A stretch of DNA of 63,511 nt, counting the filler, from Octopus bimaculoides (taxonomy: Eukaryota): assembly GCF_001194135.2 (NCBI RefSeq). It is 8 parts of 8 records of this genome, joined end to end, with 100 filler letters (N's around TTAATTAATTAA, not from the genome) between each part and the next. Parts side by side here need not be neighbours in the genome. Positions count along the whole stretch, not along the records: positions 44,458 to 56,559 come from NC_068982.1; positions 56,660 to 62,082 come from NC_068981.1; positions 62,183 to 63,511 come from NC_068986.1; 5 more parts are not named here. One strand, written 5' to 3'. Shown one piece after another: positions 50,531 to 62,490 of the stretch; position 1 is the first letter of the stretch, and every line of letters starts with the position of its first letter. The notes beneath the pieces were generated by a model. That model was not told the origin of the DNA. It saw only the letters and a program-made list of their open reading frames with translations, and ran no database searches. Position numbers and translations under genes: made by a program.

Positions 50531-51029
50531 TTTCAAGACGGAAGGGAGCATTGGAGGAGGCAATCTTGTGTCCAATGATGAAAGGTTATAGTGAGAAAAA
50601 GAGAGGCAGAAACAGGTGTCTTAATGCAGAGGAAGTACATGGTTTTCTGGAAAGAGAGAGAGCGATCAGGAAAGAGACAGAAAGAGGTGTCTTGCTGTAG
50701 AGGAAGGAAGTACAAGGTTTCCCAGAAAGAGAGAGAGAGAGAGAGAAATAGGTGTTTTGTTCAATGTCCTAAAACAAATCTTATTTAGGAACGTTTTAAG
50801 TGGGATGTGCTACTCAACCTGAAGAAAATTCTAACTGGGTCCCACCTGCAAGGTTATGCATTGTCTACCTTGATATGAGATCACCATGTTGTGCACATAT
50901 GGTTGTAATGCATGTGCCTGATCTATTCTTATCAGACGAGTAGTCATGATGGATATATTGGACTTTGTATATTTGTACCCCAGTGTCACTTTGATGGCAT
51001 GCACTGCTCTCTCACTCAATAATAATAAT

Positions 51030-51455
51030 TTTTTCTACTATAGGCTCAAGGCCTGAAATCTGGAGGAGGGGGATAGTTGATTACATCGACCCCAGTGTTC
51101 AACTAGTCTTTATTTTATGGACCTAGAAGGAAAGATGAAAGTCAAAGTCTACCTTGGCAGAATTTGAACTCAATGTAAGGACAGATGAAATGCCACTAAA
51201 CATTTTGCCTGGCATGCCAACGATTCTGTAAACTCACCACCTTAATAAAAATAATAATCCTTTCTACTGAAGCCACGAGGCCTGAAATTTGCAGTGAGCA
51301 AACTAGCCATTTCACTGGTACTTAATTTATTGACCCCAAAAGGATGGAAAGGCAAAATCAACCTTGGCATAATTTGAACTGAAAACATGAAGGCAGACAA
51401 AATACTGGTAAACATTTTACCTGACATACTAACATTTCTGCCAGCTTGCCACCTT
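51030..51455 (-). mobile_element. Two tandem CpG-decayed Nin/Inv-like SINEs (further copies at about 55625-55845, 55870-56045 and 62900-63110)
   Basis: gaaaggcaaaatcaaccttggcataatttgaact...ctgccagcttgccacctta is the reverse complement of the 34864 copy with CG changed to CA/TG. Confidence 0.8.
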
Positions 51456-51472
51456 AATAATAATGGCTGTTC

Positions 51473-51513
<41 letters not shown>

Positions 51514-51654
51514 ATCCATGCAGACATAGGTTGGACAGATTCACCAGGCTGGCATCAGACTCCAGTCTGATTTGGCTAGATTTCTTTCTTAACACCAACC
51601 ACTCTGTGACTGTAAAGGGTGCTTTTACATGCCACCAGCATGGGTGCCATTTGC

Positions 51655-53090
51655 ATGATATGAGGGTGCTCATAACTGCAAAAACCTTCCCTGGAGTAGA
51701 ATATACCCCACAAAATAGGTTACTCATTAGTGATGTCAAGCTACTGGTACAAATGAATCCAAGAAGCAAGCCAGTTTGGAAAAGAAGGATATGGAAGCTT
51801 AAGGATCCTTTGAATAGTCAGAGATTTAGATATGTTCTAACTAAAGCATTTAATGAGAAGGAGGAGGGTTACAGTCTTGTAACATAGAAGATAACTGGTA
51901 ATTCCTACAGGACAACTTGCTGAGAGCCACACACCAAATTTGTGGCTGGTGCAAAGTCCCAATCAGGCCTAGGATGACGTAGTGGTATTACAGAGTAGTT
52001 GACAGGACCATTAGAGCAAAGAAACAGGCTTGGAAGGACTGGAAGGGTGGTTGTAACAAAGAGATATATCAGGCAGCTAGAGAAGAAGCTAGGAAGCAGG
52101 TATACCTAGCCAGAGGCTAGGAAGCAGGTATACCTAGCCAGAGGCTAGGAAGCAGGTATACTTAGCCAGAGGCTAGGAAGCAGGTATACTTAGCCAGAAG
52201 CAGAAAGAAAGAAGTTTGCCAAAGTTCTGTAGCATAAGGACCAATGGCTTGAAGTATTTCAGTTTGTAAAACAGTGTACAAGGGAAAATTGTAATGATGC
52301 TGGAGAGAAGTGTGTTTGCATGGATGCTGCAAAGAAAAAGGCTTGGGAATTCCACTATGAAAGGCTGCTGAATATAGAGAACTCATGGTAGAAGGAAAGT
52401 CTGCTTTCTGTGGATCAAACAGAGGGACCAGCAGTCCAAATAAACAGTAGGATGGTAGATAAAGCAATTGAGGATATGAAGACTCGGAAAGCTCCTTGGT
52501 CATCAGAAATCACCACTGACATGCTTAAAAATTCTGGAGGTGTCGGATATGGTCTATTTCCCTGTATAGATAATCAAGTTGTACATGAGGGAGTCATGTT
52601 CAATGACACATATAGCAGCATCATAGTCAACTGCTACAAAGGTAAAGGTGACACCTTAGGCATAAATAGTTATAGAAGTATCAAATTTTTGGATCAAGTG
52701 ATGAAAATTACAGAAATGGTTATAGCCCAACCAATTAGGATGAGAGTCTCAATGAGATGCAGTTTGGTTTTTGTGTCCAGGAGAAGCACCACTGATGCTA
52801 TATTTCTAGTAAGACAGTTGCAGAAGTAACTTGCCAAAAATAAACCCCTGTACTTAGCTTTTGTTGACATGCAGAAAAGCTTTGACACGATCCCCCACAC
52901 CCTTATCTGTTGATCAATGGTGATAGACAAGTGGTTGGTGAGAGCTGTACAAGCCATGTACAGTGGGGGTTATCAGTAAGGTGAGGGTTATCAATGAATG
53001 TAGTAATGAATTCAGGGTACAAGTAGGAGTTCACCAAGGATTGTTCCTCAGCCCCCTTCTTGCCCATCATAGTCCTCCAGGCAATAACAG
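51655..53090 (+). mobile_element. RTE-clade LINE fragment (end of APE domain through RT)
   Basis: KTFPGVEYTPQNRLLISD...RRIWKLKDP; VDKAIEDMKTRKAP...CYKGKGDTL...RRSTTDAIFLVRQLQK; FVDMQKSFD; VQVGVHQGLFLSP. Confidence 0.88.
52088..52198. repeat. 28-bp tandem repeat, 4 copies, inside the RTE fragment
   Basis: GCTAGGAAGCAGGTATAC(C/T)TAGCCAGAG at 52088, 52116, 52144 and 52172. Confidence 0.95.
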
Positions 53091-53149
53091 AGTTTATGAG
53101 AGACAGGAGTTTCTGAAGTTTGGTTGTAACAGTGAAAAGGAAGCTGGAC

Positions 53150-55625
53150 CATTAAGGGAAGGCCTCTTGCTTGGCAGTGTTTCAGTAAAAATGCAGACTG
53201 ACCTCAGATGTTATCCTAATACAGCATCAGCAGATAATAGAGCAAGAAGGAGGAAGTGGACCAGCAAAGAAAACAGAATAGTGATGCAGCACCTACTTAA
53301 AAAGTGAACCTAAAAGAAAGGGCTATAGAAAATGGATGTTAATACTTTAGGTAGAGAAGGGTATGTTTAAAGTGACTGAGCAGAGATTAGTTGAGCAAGC
53401 TAATGCTATTAGGAAAAGTAAGTGGATGACACAAGAGAACTGGAAAAGAAAGACCAGGCAGTAAGAAAGACAAGCAACAACATAAGAGATACAGCTCAAA
53501 CCAAAGAAGTATCTAAAGGAAAAAAAATAATAATAGCACTACTAATAAGGAAGGTACAACTGGCACCAGTGACTAAAGTGATTTAAGAGAGGAAGATCAG
53601 ATGATTTTAGATGAGTTATAGGAAGTAATGAGTAAAGAAGTAAGAAAAAGATTACCAGCATTAAAAGGTACCAACAGAAGCCAGCTGCTAGAAATGACTA
53701 GGAAAATAGATTCAGTTATCAGTAGGTTAGATACTAAAAATATAGGAGTCACTAACTTATTGATCTATGCAGGAGGAGTAGTAGTCACCAGAAGGTTAGA
53801 TGTCTCACGGGGAAAGATTACAAAAGAGCAAATGTGGAAAAGGAGACTACAAAATAAAGTGAAAACTTTTAAGACAAGATCTGAGTAGAATAGAAGCCTG
53901 GAAACTGAACAAGCTAGGAAAGACAAGTTGTAAATCTTCCCCTGAGAAAAGATACTTAGTCGAAGAGAAAGGATTTGGGACAGTCATAGAAGAGTTGAAA
54001 CAGTGTATTATAGCAGTTGCAGGTAAGCTCTCCAGACATCAGAAAAGAAGAGATCAGTATCACAAGACTAGATTATTTGAGACAGTTAATATCAAAAGAG
54101 CTATTTTCCAGGGGGGAACTCGTTGTCCCTATAATATTTAAGAATGGAAAAGAGATAAATTCCTTAATATAGACTGTAAAACTCTTCATCAAAAATATAG
54201 GCATGGAATTTGGCATAGACAAATGTGCATTGTTAGTCATGAAAAAGGGATAGGTAGTCAACAGTGAAGGCAATCCATTACCAGATGGCCAAACATTATA
54301 ATCATTGAAAGAAAGAGAGAGATATAAGTATCTAGGAGTATTATAGTCTAATATAGAAATGAAAACGAAAATTGAGGAGTACATCAGAAGGGTAAAGAAG
54401 CTAATAAAATCGAATCTAAATTGTCTGAATCTAGTGAAAGCTGGAAATACTTGTGCAGTATTTTTACTTAGATACCCAGCAGCTTTAGTAAACTGGACAA
54501 AAGTTGAATTAGCAAAGCCAGACAGAAGAGCTAGGAAGGTATTCAATATTAATGAAGGAATCCACACAAGGGCAGGAGTAGCAAGATTACACTTGCCTAG
54601 AAAGGAAGGTGGAAGAGTGCTGATATCACTAGAAGGCTACATGGAGCTAGCTAGCACAAATATAAATTCCTATGTAGGTAACAGGGAAGAAATTTTATTG
54701 AAAGCCGCTAGTGACACAGCAAGTCATAGGGAGACCAATAAAGATAAACCAAGTAGAAACCAGAAAAAGAACAAAAGTCATCTGACTGGCAGAGGAAGGC
54801 TTTGCATGGTAGGTTCCCAAAGATAGTTGCAACAAATAGTAGTAGTGAGACATGGTTATGATTGCAGAAAGGAAGGCTGAAAAGGGAGACAGAAAGTTTG
54901 TTAGTAACAGCACAGGATCAAGCATTAAGGACTAATTGGATAAAAGCCAAGATAGATAAAAACCAAGTAGATTCCCAATGTAGATTATGTAAATCAAAAG
55001 AGGAAAGCATTCCTCATACAGTAAATGAATGTAGCATGATGGCACAGGATGAATGCAAGAAAAGACAACCTAGGAAGAGTAATCCACTGGGAGTTATGTA
55101 GAAAGCTAGTATCTGACCATACAAATAAATGGTATGAACATGAACTTAGGAAAATACTAGAAAGTGAAAGTAAGAATATAAAGTGTGGAACTTTAACATT
55201 CAGACAGACAGAGTAATAGAAACTAGAAGGCCTGATTTAGTAGTAGTAGACAAAGAGAATAGAAAGTGCCAGATAATTGACTTTACAGTCCCAAATAATG
55301 AAAAAAATCAATATGAAGGTATAGAAAATATAGCAAAGTACCAGGACCTAGCTATTGAATTACAGAGACTATGGAGAGTGTGAGTAAAATGTATCCCAGT
55401 AGTTAAATGTGCATTGGGAACTATCCCTAAAGATTTAAATAAATGGACAGAGGGAATAGGCATAAAACCCAGTTTAGTACAGCTGAAGAAAACAGTGTTA
55501 TTAGGGACAGCTAAGATACTTAGGAGGGTTCTTGGCATCTAAGGTTACTTGTTGTAGCCTTATGTTAGGAATATATCTTTTTCGAAAGTCTAATCTGTTG
55601 TGTGCATGTAAATCATAATAATAAT
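53150..55625 (+). mobile_element. Internally deleted, degenerate full-span RLE (R4/Dong-like) LINE
   Basis: N-terminal RRKWTSKENRIVM; most of the RT is deleted near 54070 (KRAIFQGG follows directly); GMEFGIDKCA; LHLPRKEGGRVL; CCHC knuckle CRLCKSKEESIPHTVNEC; RLE WNFNIQTDRVIETRRPDLVVVDKENRKCQIIDFTVP; ends KTVLLGTAKILRRVLGI* with 3' UTR and AAT tail. Confidence 0.92.
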
Positions 55626-56166
55626 GTTTTCAAATTTTGTCACAAGGCCAGCCATTTTGGAGGAGGAGATAAGTCAATTACACTGACATCAGTGATTCAC
55701 TAGTGCTTAATTTATTGATCCTGAAAAGATGAGAGATGAAGTCAACCTCAGCAGGATTTGAAATCAGGACTTAGCAATGGGTGAAATACCACTAAGCATT
55801 TCATCCAGCACATTAACGATTTTGCCAGCTCGCCACCTTAATAATAATAATGATAATAATAGTAATAATGATCTTTTCTACTATAGGCAAAAGGCCTGAA
55901 ATTTGTGGGGAAGTAAGTTAATCTATTACATTGGCCCTAGTACTCAACCGGTACTTATTTTATTGATCCCAAAAAGATGAAAGGTAAAATCGACCTCATC
56001 AAAATTTGAATTCAGAATGTCAAGAGCCAGAAGAAATGCCACTAAGGATATAATAATGGTATTGATGATAATGACAGGGAAATGATTTTCATGATGGTGA
56101 ATTCTTCATTAGAAGAAATTAATTTACAAGGTTTTATTGGAAAGGTGCAGTTCAATTAATCAATCC

Positions 56167-56435
56167 CCAGACAGAAGAGCTAGGAAGGTATTCAATATTA
56201 ATGAAGGAATCCACACAAGGGCAGGAGTAGCAAGATTACACTTGCCTAGAAAGGAAGGTGGAAGAGTGCTGATATCACTAGAAGGCTACATGGAGCTAGC
56301 TAGCACAAATATAAATTCCTATGTAGGTAACAGTAGATGAGAATAAGCTAATTTTTGCAATAAGTTACAGAGTAACTATAAACTTCTGTAACATACCCTA
56401 AATATTTGACTTTACCATTGAATTTAGACAATATT
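56167..56435 (+). repeat. Mosaic duplication: 167-bp exact copy of 54518-54684 fused to a copy of the 48263-48367 segment
   Basis: Base-by-base identity of 56167-56333 with 54518-54684; the switch occurs at a shared CAG. Confidence 0.93.
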
Positions 56436-56668
56436 GGTTATTAATAGGGCAAAGAGGTTGGCAATTACCAACCCATTGCTTAGCTTAACCTCCTATGCTA
56501 AGTATTAACAGGTACCCTTGCAGGGAAAATATATACGTTCCTTGCGGAAAACAATCTTCNNNNNNNNNNNNNNNNNNNNNNNNNNNNNNNNNNNNNNNNN
56601 NNNTTAATTAATTAANNNNNNNNNNNNNNNNNNNNNNNNNNNNNNNNNNNNNNNNNNNNTATATATAT

Positions 56669-57725
56669 GGGGGAGGTATAAATTCAGCGAAGTCTTTCGA
56701 TAGGATGCGGGGACAGTGCTTTCCTGCGTTGAAGTGTGTTTGAGTCGATCGAGAAGTTCAAAAATGGCCAGACAAGTATAAAACACGAAAAGAGAGTAGG
56801 ACGCCGCCAACCTCTACCACTCACGTGAAGATTCAACAAGCAAGCTGACAAATAACCATCGATGAGATGACATATTCTCTGCAAACTAGTTATAGTTCTG
56901 CATACGAAATCATTCACGAGAAGCTTTGCTTTTGGTAAGTCTGTGTGAGATGGCTTCCAAAAGAGCTTACTGAAGTGCATATGCACAGTTGTGTGGAGAT
57001 CGGTCAACGTTTACTTGATGGCTACAACGATGAAGGTGAAGCTTCTTTGGAGAGAATAGTCACAGGAGATGAGACCTTGATCCATCACTTTGAGCCAAAA
57101 TCTAAAAACGCAGTGTTTGGAGTGGAAACATCCGGATATGCCAGCGCAAAATAAACAAGACTCAACCTTCTTCGGAAAAAGTGGTTTTAACCATTTGGTG
57201 GGGGGACACAAAAGGGCATATACAGGAAGATTACCCCGAAAGGGGTCTATAGTTGCCGGTGTAGGCTACAGTGAAATGCTGACCAACTAACTGAAACCAA
57301 CAACACGCACTAAATGCTGAGAGCTATTGTCAAAGCATGTGTTGTTGTTGCATGAAAATGCACGCTCACATACGGCCGCTTATGCCGTCGAAACTATGGA
57401 AAATGTAGATTTCGAGTAGCTGGAATACTCTGCATATTGTCCAATTCTCGTCCCTTCCGACTATCACCTCTTTGGACTGCTCAAACATCTTTTACGTAAT
57501 TGTCGATTTGCTAGTTTGAAGAAGCGCTGGAAACGGGGCATAAATGGCTGAGAAATCATCTGTAAAACTTCTTCTCCGATGGAATAAACCAGCTTGTAGA
57601 TCGTTGGAAGAGATGCCTCTAAAAGCAAGGAGTCTATGTAGAAAAACGATGAAATTTTTCAATCCTTGCCTCCGTTTTAATAAAATACAGAAACAAGAGT
57701 GAGTATAATATTTTATTTACCCTCA
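56669..57725 (+). mobile_element. mariner (DD34D) transposon relic
   Basis: IEKFKNGQTSIKHEKRVGR; VRWLPKELT; RIVTGDETLIHHFEPKSK; LLHENARSH; AYCPILVPSDYHLF; right end ...ttttatttaccctca|ta at 57725. Confidence 0.9.
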
Positions 57726-59780
57726 TAGTTGTGTGAGTGTATGTGTGTGCCTAATATTACTTACTAAATATTACTAGTTTACTTCTGCTGTTGATGATAT
57801 ATGTTTTATACAGTGATGTCACTAAATACAATTCTTCACGTCTCACACTCTTATCACACCAGTTACTCTTATTCCAAAAGGTTTGCTTTCTTTTCGTTGT
57901 TTAATATTACTTTCCAAAATTATCGTTATTATATACATTTTCTGCAAAAAAAAAAAAAAAACAAAGAAACAATTTGCACAAGAATATAAACCGACGCAAA
58001 CAGAAATATTGTTTCAAAGATTAATCAGTGAGAAGAAATGAATTGACGTTCTTGATCTTTTGCAGAATGAAACTAGTAACAAACAGTGGGATTCGAATTC
58101 GTGTGTTGTGTTTGTTGTATTAGAAAGCATAAGAGTCAGGTTAAAGATATCATCAGTCTGATGAAATCTGCTATTGCTATCATGTAAACACGTACAACCC
58201 GTTCCATGGTGGAGTAGTCGAGAATACTTTTGTTGCAATGTCATCAACGCGCTGCAAATCATACAATAGATGACGACGATGAGTTTAAATCATACCAAAG
58301 AATCCAGTTATCCTCGCGGCATTATACCTGGTAGAAGTGTTTGAAGCAGAGTGGATTCCGCTCGTTAAAGGCACTCAACGGCTAAATTTTTCGATCGTTG
58401 GCTTGTGTAGCTACAACCATATTTCCGAAGTTTGGTTTTGGGTGAATAAAAGAACGTGATACCCCTTTCTGGAAGATCTAATGTTCTCTTTCAGTCATCC
58501 GCTCAATCTTGCAGACGCTGCTTCCATGGTCCGATTTGTATAGCTGTTCAAGGCCGCAGTTTTCCGCCACCTACTGTGTAGGACACTGCTGAAGCTTCCA
58601 ATGGCGTTGGCTTTTGAGGTTAGCTCTACATTGCAAGGGGTTCAGACACCTGATTTCTCTCATTTCAACAAGTTCATATTCGAATGCAAACCTGAGAACG
58701 AAACTGATTTTAAGAGAGACCATATGCCACTAACTATTCTAATTGAGCCTTCTTTAGGGTGAATGTTTCTTGTCTATTGCTTCTGTTGGCTAACCTGAAC
58801 TACTTTCTTGATTACTTCAGTATCCTCTTCTTTCTTTAGTTCCTGTATTATCAGTGTCTCTTTGTCTTCATTTTATTTTTCGCCACTACTCCCTGAGCTC
58901 AATCCCTGCCTGTTGGTTTGTGTGTATCTTTTCTTTGACTTGGAGACTTTCCAGTACTACATCTACCACCTGCTGGATATTCCATTTTCTGCCAGTTTTC
59001 AGCTAGTCTAGATTGATCTCACAACCCTGTCTTTCGAGACGTTAAGTATACACAAAGACCATCGTGACACACAAGAACAATGTCAATTCCCGGATAGGAC
59101 ACCAGACATTTTCGTGCGCGTGTGTTTAATCGTTAATTGGGTCACTATTTAAATGTTATCGTCCGATGTCGTATATCAACAGAGATCATATCAGGTTTTA
59201 TATCATCATCGCCTAGAGTCAGAAGATTTTCTATTTGCTTGTGAGATTTATTGCCAGCAAGTTACATCTGCAATCTGCTTGACTGCATTAACTACATTTT
59301 CCTTCAGTAAAGAGAGATATGTTGATTTCTCTGGTTTGAAGCTCATCGTAGAGGAATTGAAAGTATCGTCTGATTCAGAGTTTTGCGTGCGTCAACGTCG
59401 TTTGTGTCATTCATAAAAGCTTTTAGAGGGGAGACTTGGTATCCACATACGTATACACACACACACTCATACACTCACACACGTATGTGCGTGCGTCTGT
59501 GCCTGTGTATGTATATGTATCTACATGCGTGTCTCTATATGTAAAATGTAAGCGCGCGCGCGTGTACTGGTGTATATGTTTGCATGACATATGTGTCTAT
59601 TTTTATAGAGGTAGAAAATGATATGCTGAATTGCAGAAATTTAAAGTATTAAGTATTCAGTACTGCAGAAATTTAAAGTATTAAGAAACGAAATACTCTC
59701 ACCCAGTCATGCACGCAGTCAACCAAATCTAGTTCATATATGTATCATCTACCCACGGCAGTGAGCGAATATATTCTTAA

Positions 59781-60765
59781 GGTTAACTTTTAGTCACTAG
59801 TGAGCAGTTTTAGGCTTTATCGCTAATTCATTTCGCAAACAAATTGGATTCGAATTTTTTAGCAATGATGGTCCAGACCTAAGCTACATTTGAAGATAAA
59901 ATAACTGAGATTTGGTTCATTAGAAAAAAAGTTAGGCCAAAATATGTGAGGTCAAAAATTGACTTTGGATCAAAATATCTCAGCTATTTTGAAAAACTTA
60001 ATTAATTGGGTTTAGAAGAAGGTGCTCATTGAGAAGAATCTTTTGGTAAAAATCGCGTTAAAAAATATTAGCTACGAAAAACGTAATGTAGCTTTAAGTG
60101 ACGGGAAAGAAATGGCAAGTAACCCCCACCCTCCCACCNNNNNNNNNNNNNNNNNNNNNNNNNNNNNNNNNNNNNNNNNNNNNNNNNNNNNNNNNNNNNN
60201 NNNNNNNNNNNNNNNNNNNNNNNNNNNNNNNNNNNNNNNNNNNNNNNNNNNNNNNNNNNNNNNNNNNNNNNNNNNNNNNNNNNNNNNNNNNNNNNNNNNN
60301 NNNNNNNNNNNNNNNNNNNNNNNNNNNNNGCCTGCTCGTGAAATTAACGTGCAAGTGGCTGAGCACTCCACAGTGTACCCTTAACGTAGTTCTCGGGGGA
60401 GATTCAGCGTGACACAGTGTGACAAGGCTGACCCTTTGAATTACAGGTACAACAGAAACAGGAAGTAAGAGTGAGAGAAAGTTGTGGTGAAAGAGTACAG
60501 CAGGGTTCGCCACCATCCCCTGCCGGAGCCTCGTGGAGCTTTAGGTGTTTTCCCTCAATAAACACTCGCAACGCTCGGTCTGGAAATCGAAACCGCGATC
60601 CTATGACCGCGAGTCCGCTGCCCTAACCACTGGGCCATTGCGCCTCCACCTTGGCTATTGTAAAAGTAAATTATGCAATAATTGTGATCGAATGAAAGAG
60701 CTCTGTGAGAAAAATATGGTGAAAACCTCGTCAAAAAATATTTGATAAAAAAATGTGGTGTGGCC
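59781..60765. mobile_element. Possible Kolobok-like non-autonomous element (TTAA|GG...CC|TTAA) with a SINE inside
   Basis: TTAA at 59777-59780 followed by GG; GTGGCC followed by TTAA at 60766-60769. The TIR match is weak. Confidence 0.35.
60330..60650 (-). mobile_element. tRNA-derived SINE (third family)
   Basis: Reverse complement of 44041-44357, CpG-intact. Confidence 0.9.
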
Positions 60766-61821
60766 TTAAGTGACAAAAACAGAGGTGATCATTTTAACAA
60801 ATCAAAATATGTTTGTCCTTTTAAGATATTTAGGATTTTAAGATATTTAGCGGTATTTATTGTCTCGGTCGCTTAGTTTGATGGTACAAGGCACTTACCC
60901 AGAATTTGAGAAGTACCAAATTTGGTTCTCTGTAGGGGCGTGCTACCCATCCCTTTTCGTTTTCTAAGGGTGTTTTCTAATGCATTTATGCAGCAAAATG
61001 TTGTGGAGAATTTATAGAAAAGGAAAAAAATGGGTCAAAAATTATCGATCTTCCAAGCTGTTCTCACAACAACTCTGCGTTCAGGATTTCCTTTACTTCT
61101 CTAAGGTAACTACTCACACGACGCTTCAAAGTTTATCAAAACAATCCTTTTGTATGTAAATGGTGTTGTTAGTGAACTGAACATTTTTATCGCCGATTAC
61201 AAGCTGTAACAATCAAAGTGTTTTTGGCGAAAAACAACTCAATAGGTGGCAACATCACACATTCTTTTTTGGAGAATAGAATATCAACAAAGAGGGGTTC
61301 TTCCTGTTCATATCAAAATTTGGGTGGATCAAGCAGCTATTTATGACAAATGTTCTCCAGAAAAAATTCCAAAATTTATAGAACAGATTGCCATGTATAG
61401 TATTTAGCCTAACTCTTTACAATTTTGGCAGTTATTTTTAAATACCTTCATGCAGCAAAACTTTCTGGAGAATTTATCGAAAAGGAAAAGAAGGGGTCAA
61501 AAAATTTCGATTTGGCTTTCCTAAGCCTGAAGGAAGATTCAATTTTTTTACTGTTGCTGAAAATATCAAATTAAGAAATAAAAGCGGTGTTAAAAAGATT
61601 TATCAGCTTCAAAGAAAATCATCTGGAAAAATTTATCACTGAGTACAATCCTTTACTGTTTTTAATGCAGCAGGAAAATGATAACTGTCAGTATATTGGA
61701 GAAAACAGTATGATATTGACTAGGTATTCGACTAGCTAACAAAGAAAGGCTGAGGAAATAGAAGCTGGGGGTGTTTGGAAAATTGGAATGAAAATAATTT
61801 CTGAAATTTTCATCAAATTTA

Positions 61822-61992
61822 GGCGTAGGAGTGGCTGTGTGGTAAGTAGCTTGCTTACGAACCACATGGTTCCGGGTTCAGTCCCACTGCGTGGCACCTT
61901 GGGTAAATGTTTTCCACTATAGCCTGGGGCCGACCAAAGCCTTGTGAGTGGATTTGGGAGACGGAAACTGAAAGAAGCCCGTCGTATATATG

Positions 61993-62025
<33 letters not shown>

Positions 62026-62082
62026 ATATGTTTGTGTATATCTGTTTGTCCCCCCACCATCGCTTGACAACTGATGCTGGTG
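61822..62082 (+). mobile_element. OR-type SINE, 5' two-thirds
   Basis: ggcgtaggagtggctgtgtggtaagtagc...ggcaccttgggtaaatg...gaaagaagcccgtcg(TA)n. Confidence 0.9.
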
Positions 62083-62182
62083 NNNNNNNNNNNNNNNNNN
62101 NNNNNNNNNNNNNNNNNNNNNNNNNNTTAATTAATTAANNNNNNNNNNNNNNNNNNNNNNNNNNNNNNNNNNNNNNNNNNNN

Positions 62183-62490
62183 TTTCACTGCCATGAAGCA
62201 TGGCTGTTCGTACACATGCATCTTACAATCTGCCTTTTACTCTGAGAGAGACCCTTTGTCGCCAGCAGAGGTAAGAGCTCTCTGAACTTTGCCCAGGCTA
62301 TTCTAATTCTAGCAGCTACGCTTTCAGCGCACCCACCTCCACTGCAAATTTGATCACCAAGATAGCGGAAGCTATCAACCACTTCTAGTTTTTCTCCCTG
62401 GAATGTGGCAGAAGTTGTTTTCTGCACATTCCCAGTATTTATAGCTCCAGAACATCTGCTGCAAACAAAAACTAACTTCCTAGTTGACCT
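62183..62490 (-). mobile_element. RTE LINE RT fragment
   Basis: GEKLEVVDSFRYLGDQICSGGGCAESVAARIRIAWAKFRELLPLLATKG, frameshift, then KGRL*DACVRTAMLHGSE. Confidence 0.88.

Noticed and set aside
53150-55625. Intact, active retrotransposon
   Set aside because: Multiple stops and frameshifts and deletion of most of the RT; no element in the window has an intact ORF.
59240-59400. Minus-strand SFKPEKSTYLSLLKENVV resembling a cadherin F..Y..EN motif
   Set aside because: No DxNDN, DRE or DxD motifs, stops on both sides, and no convincing splice sites.
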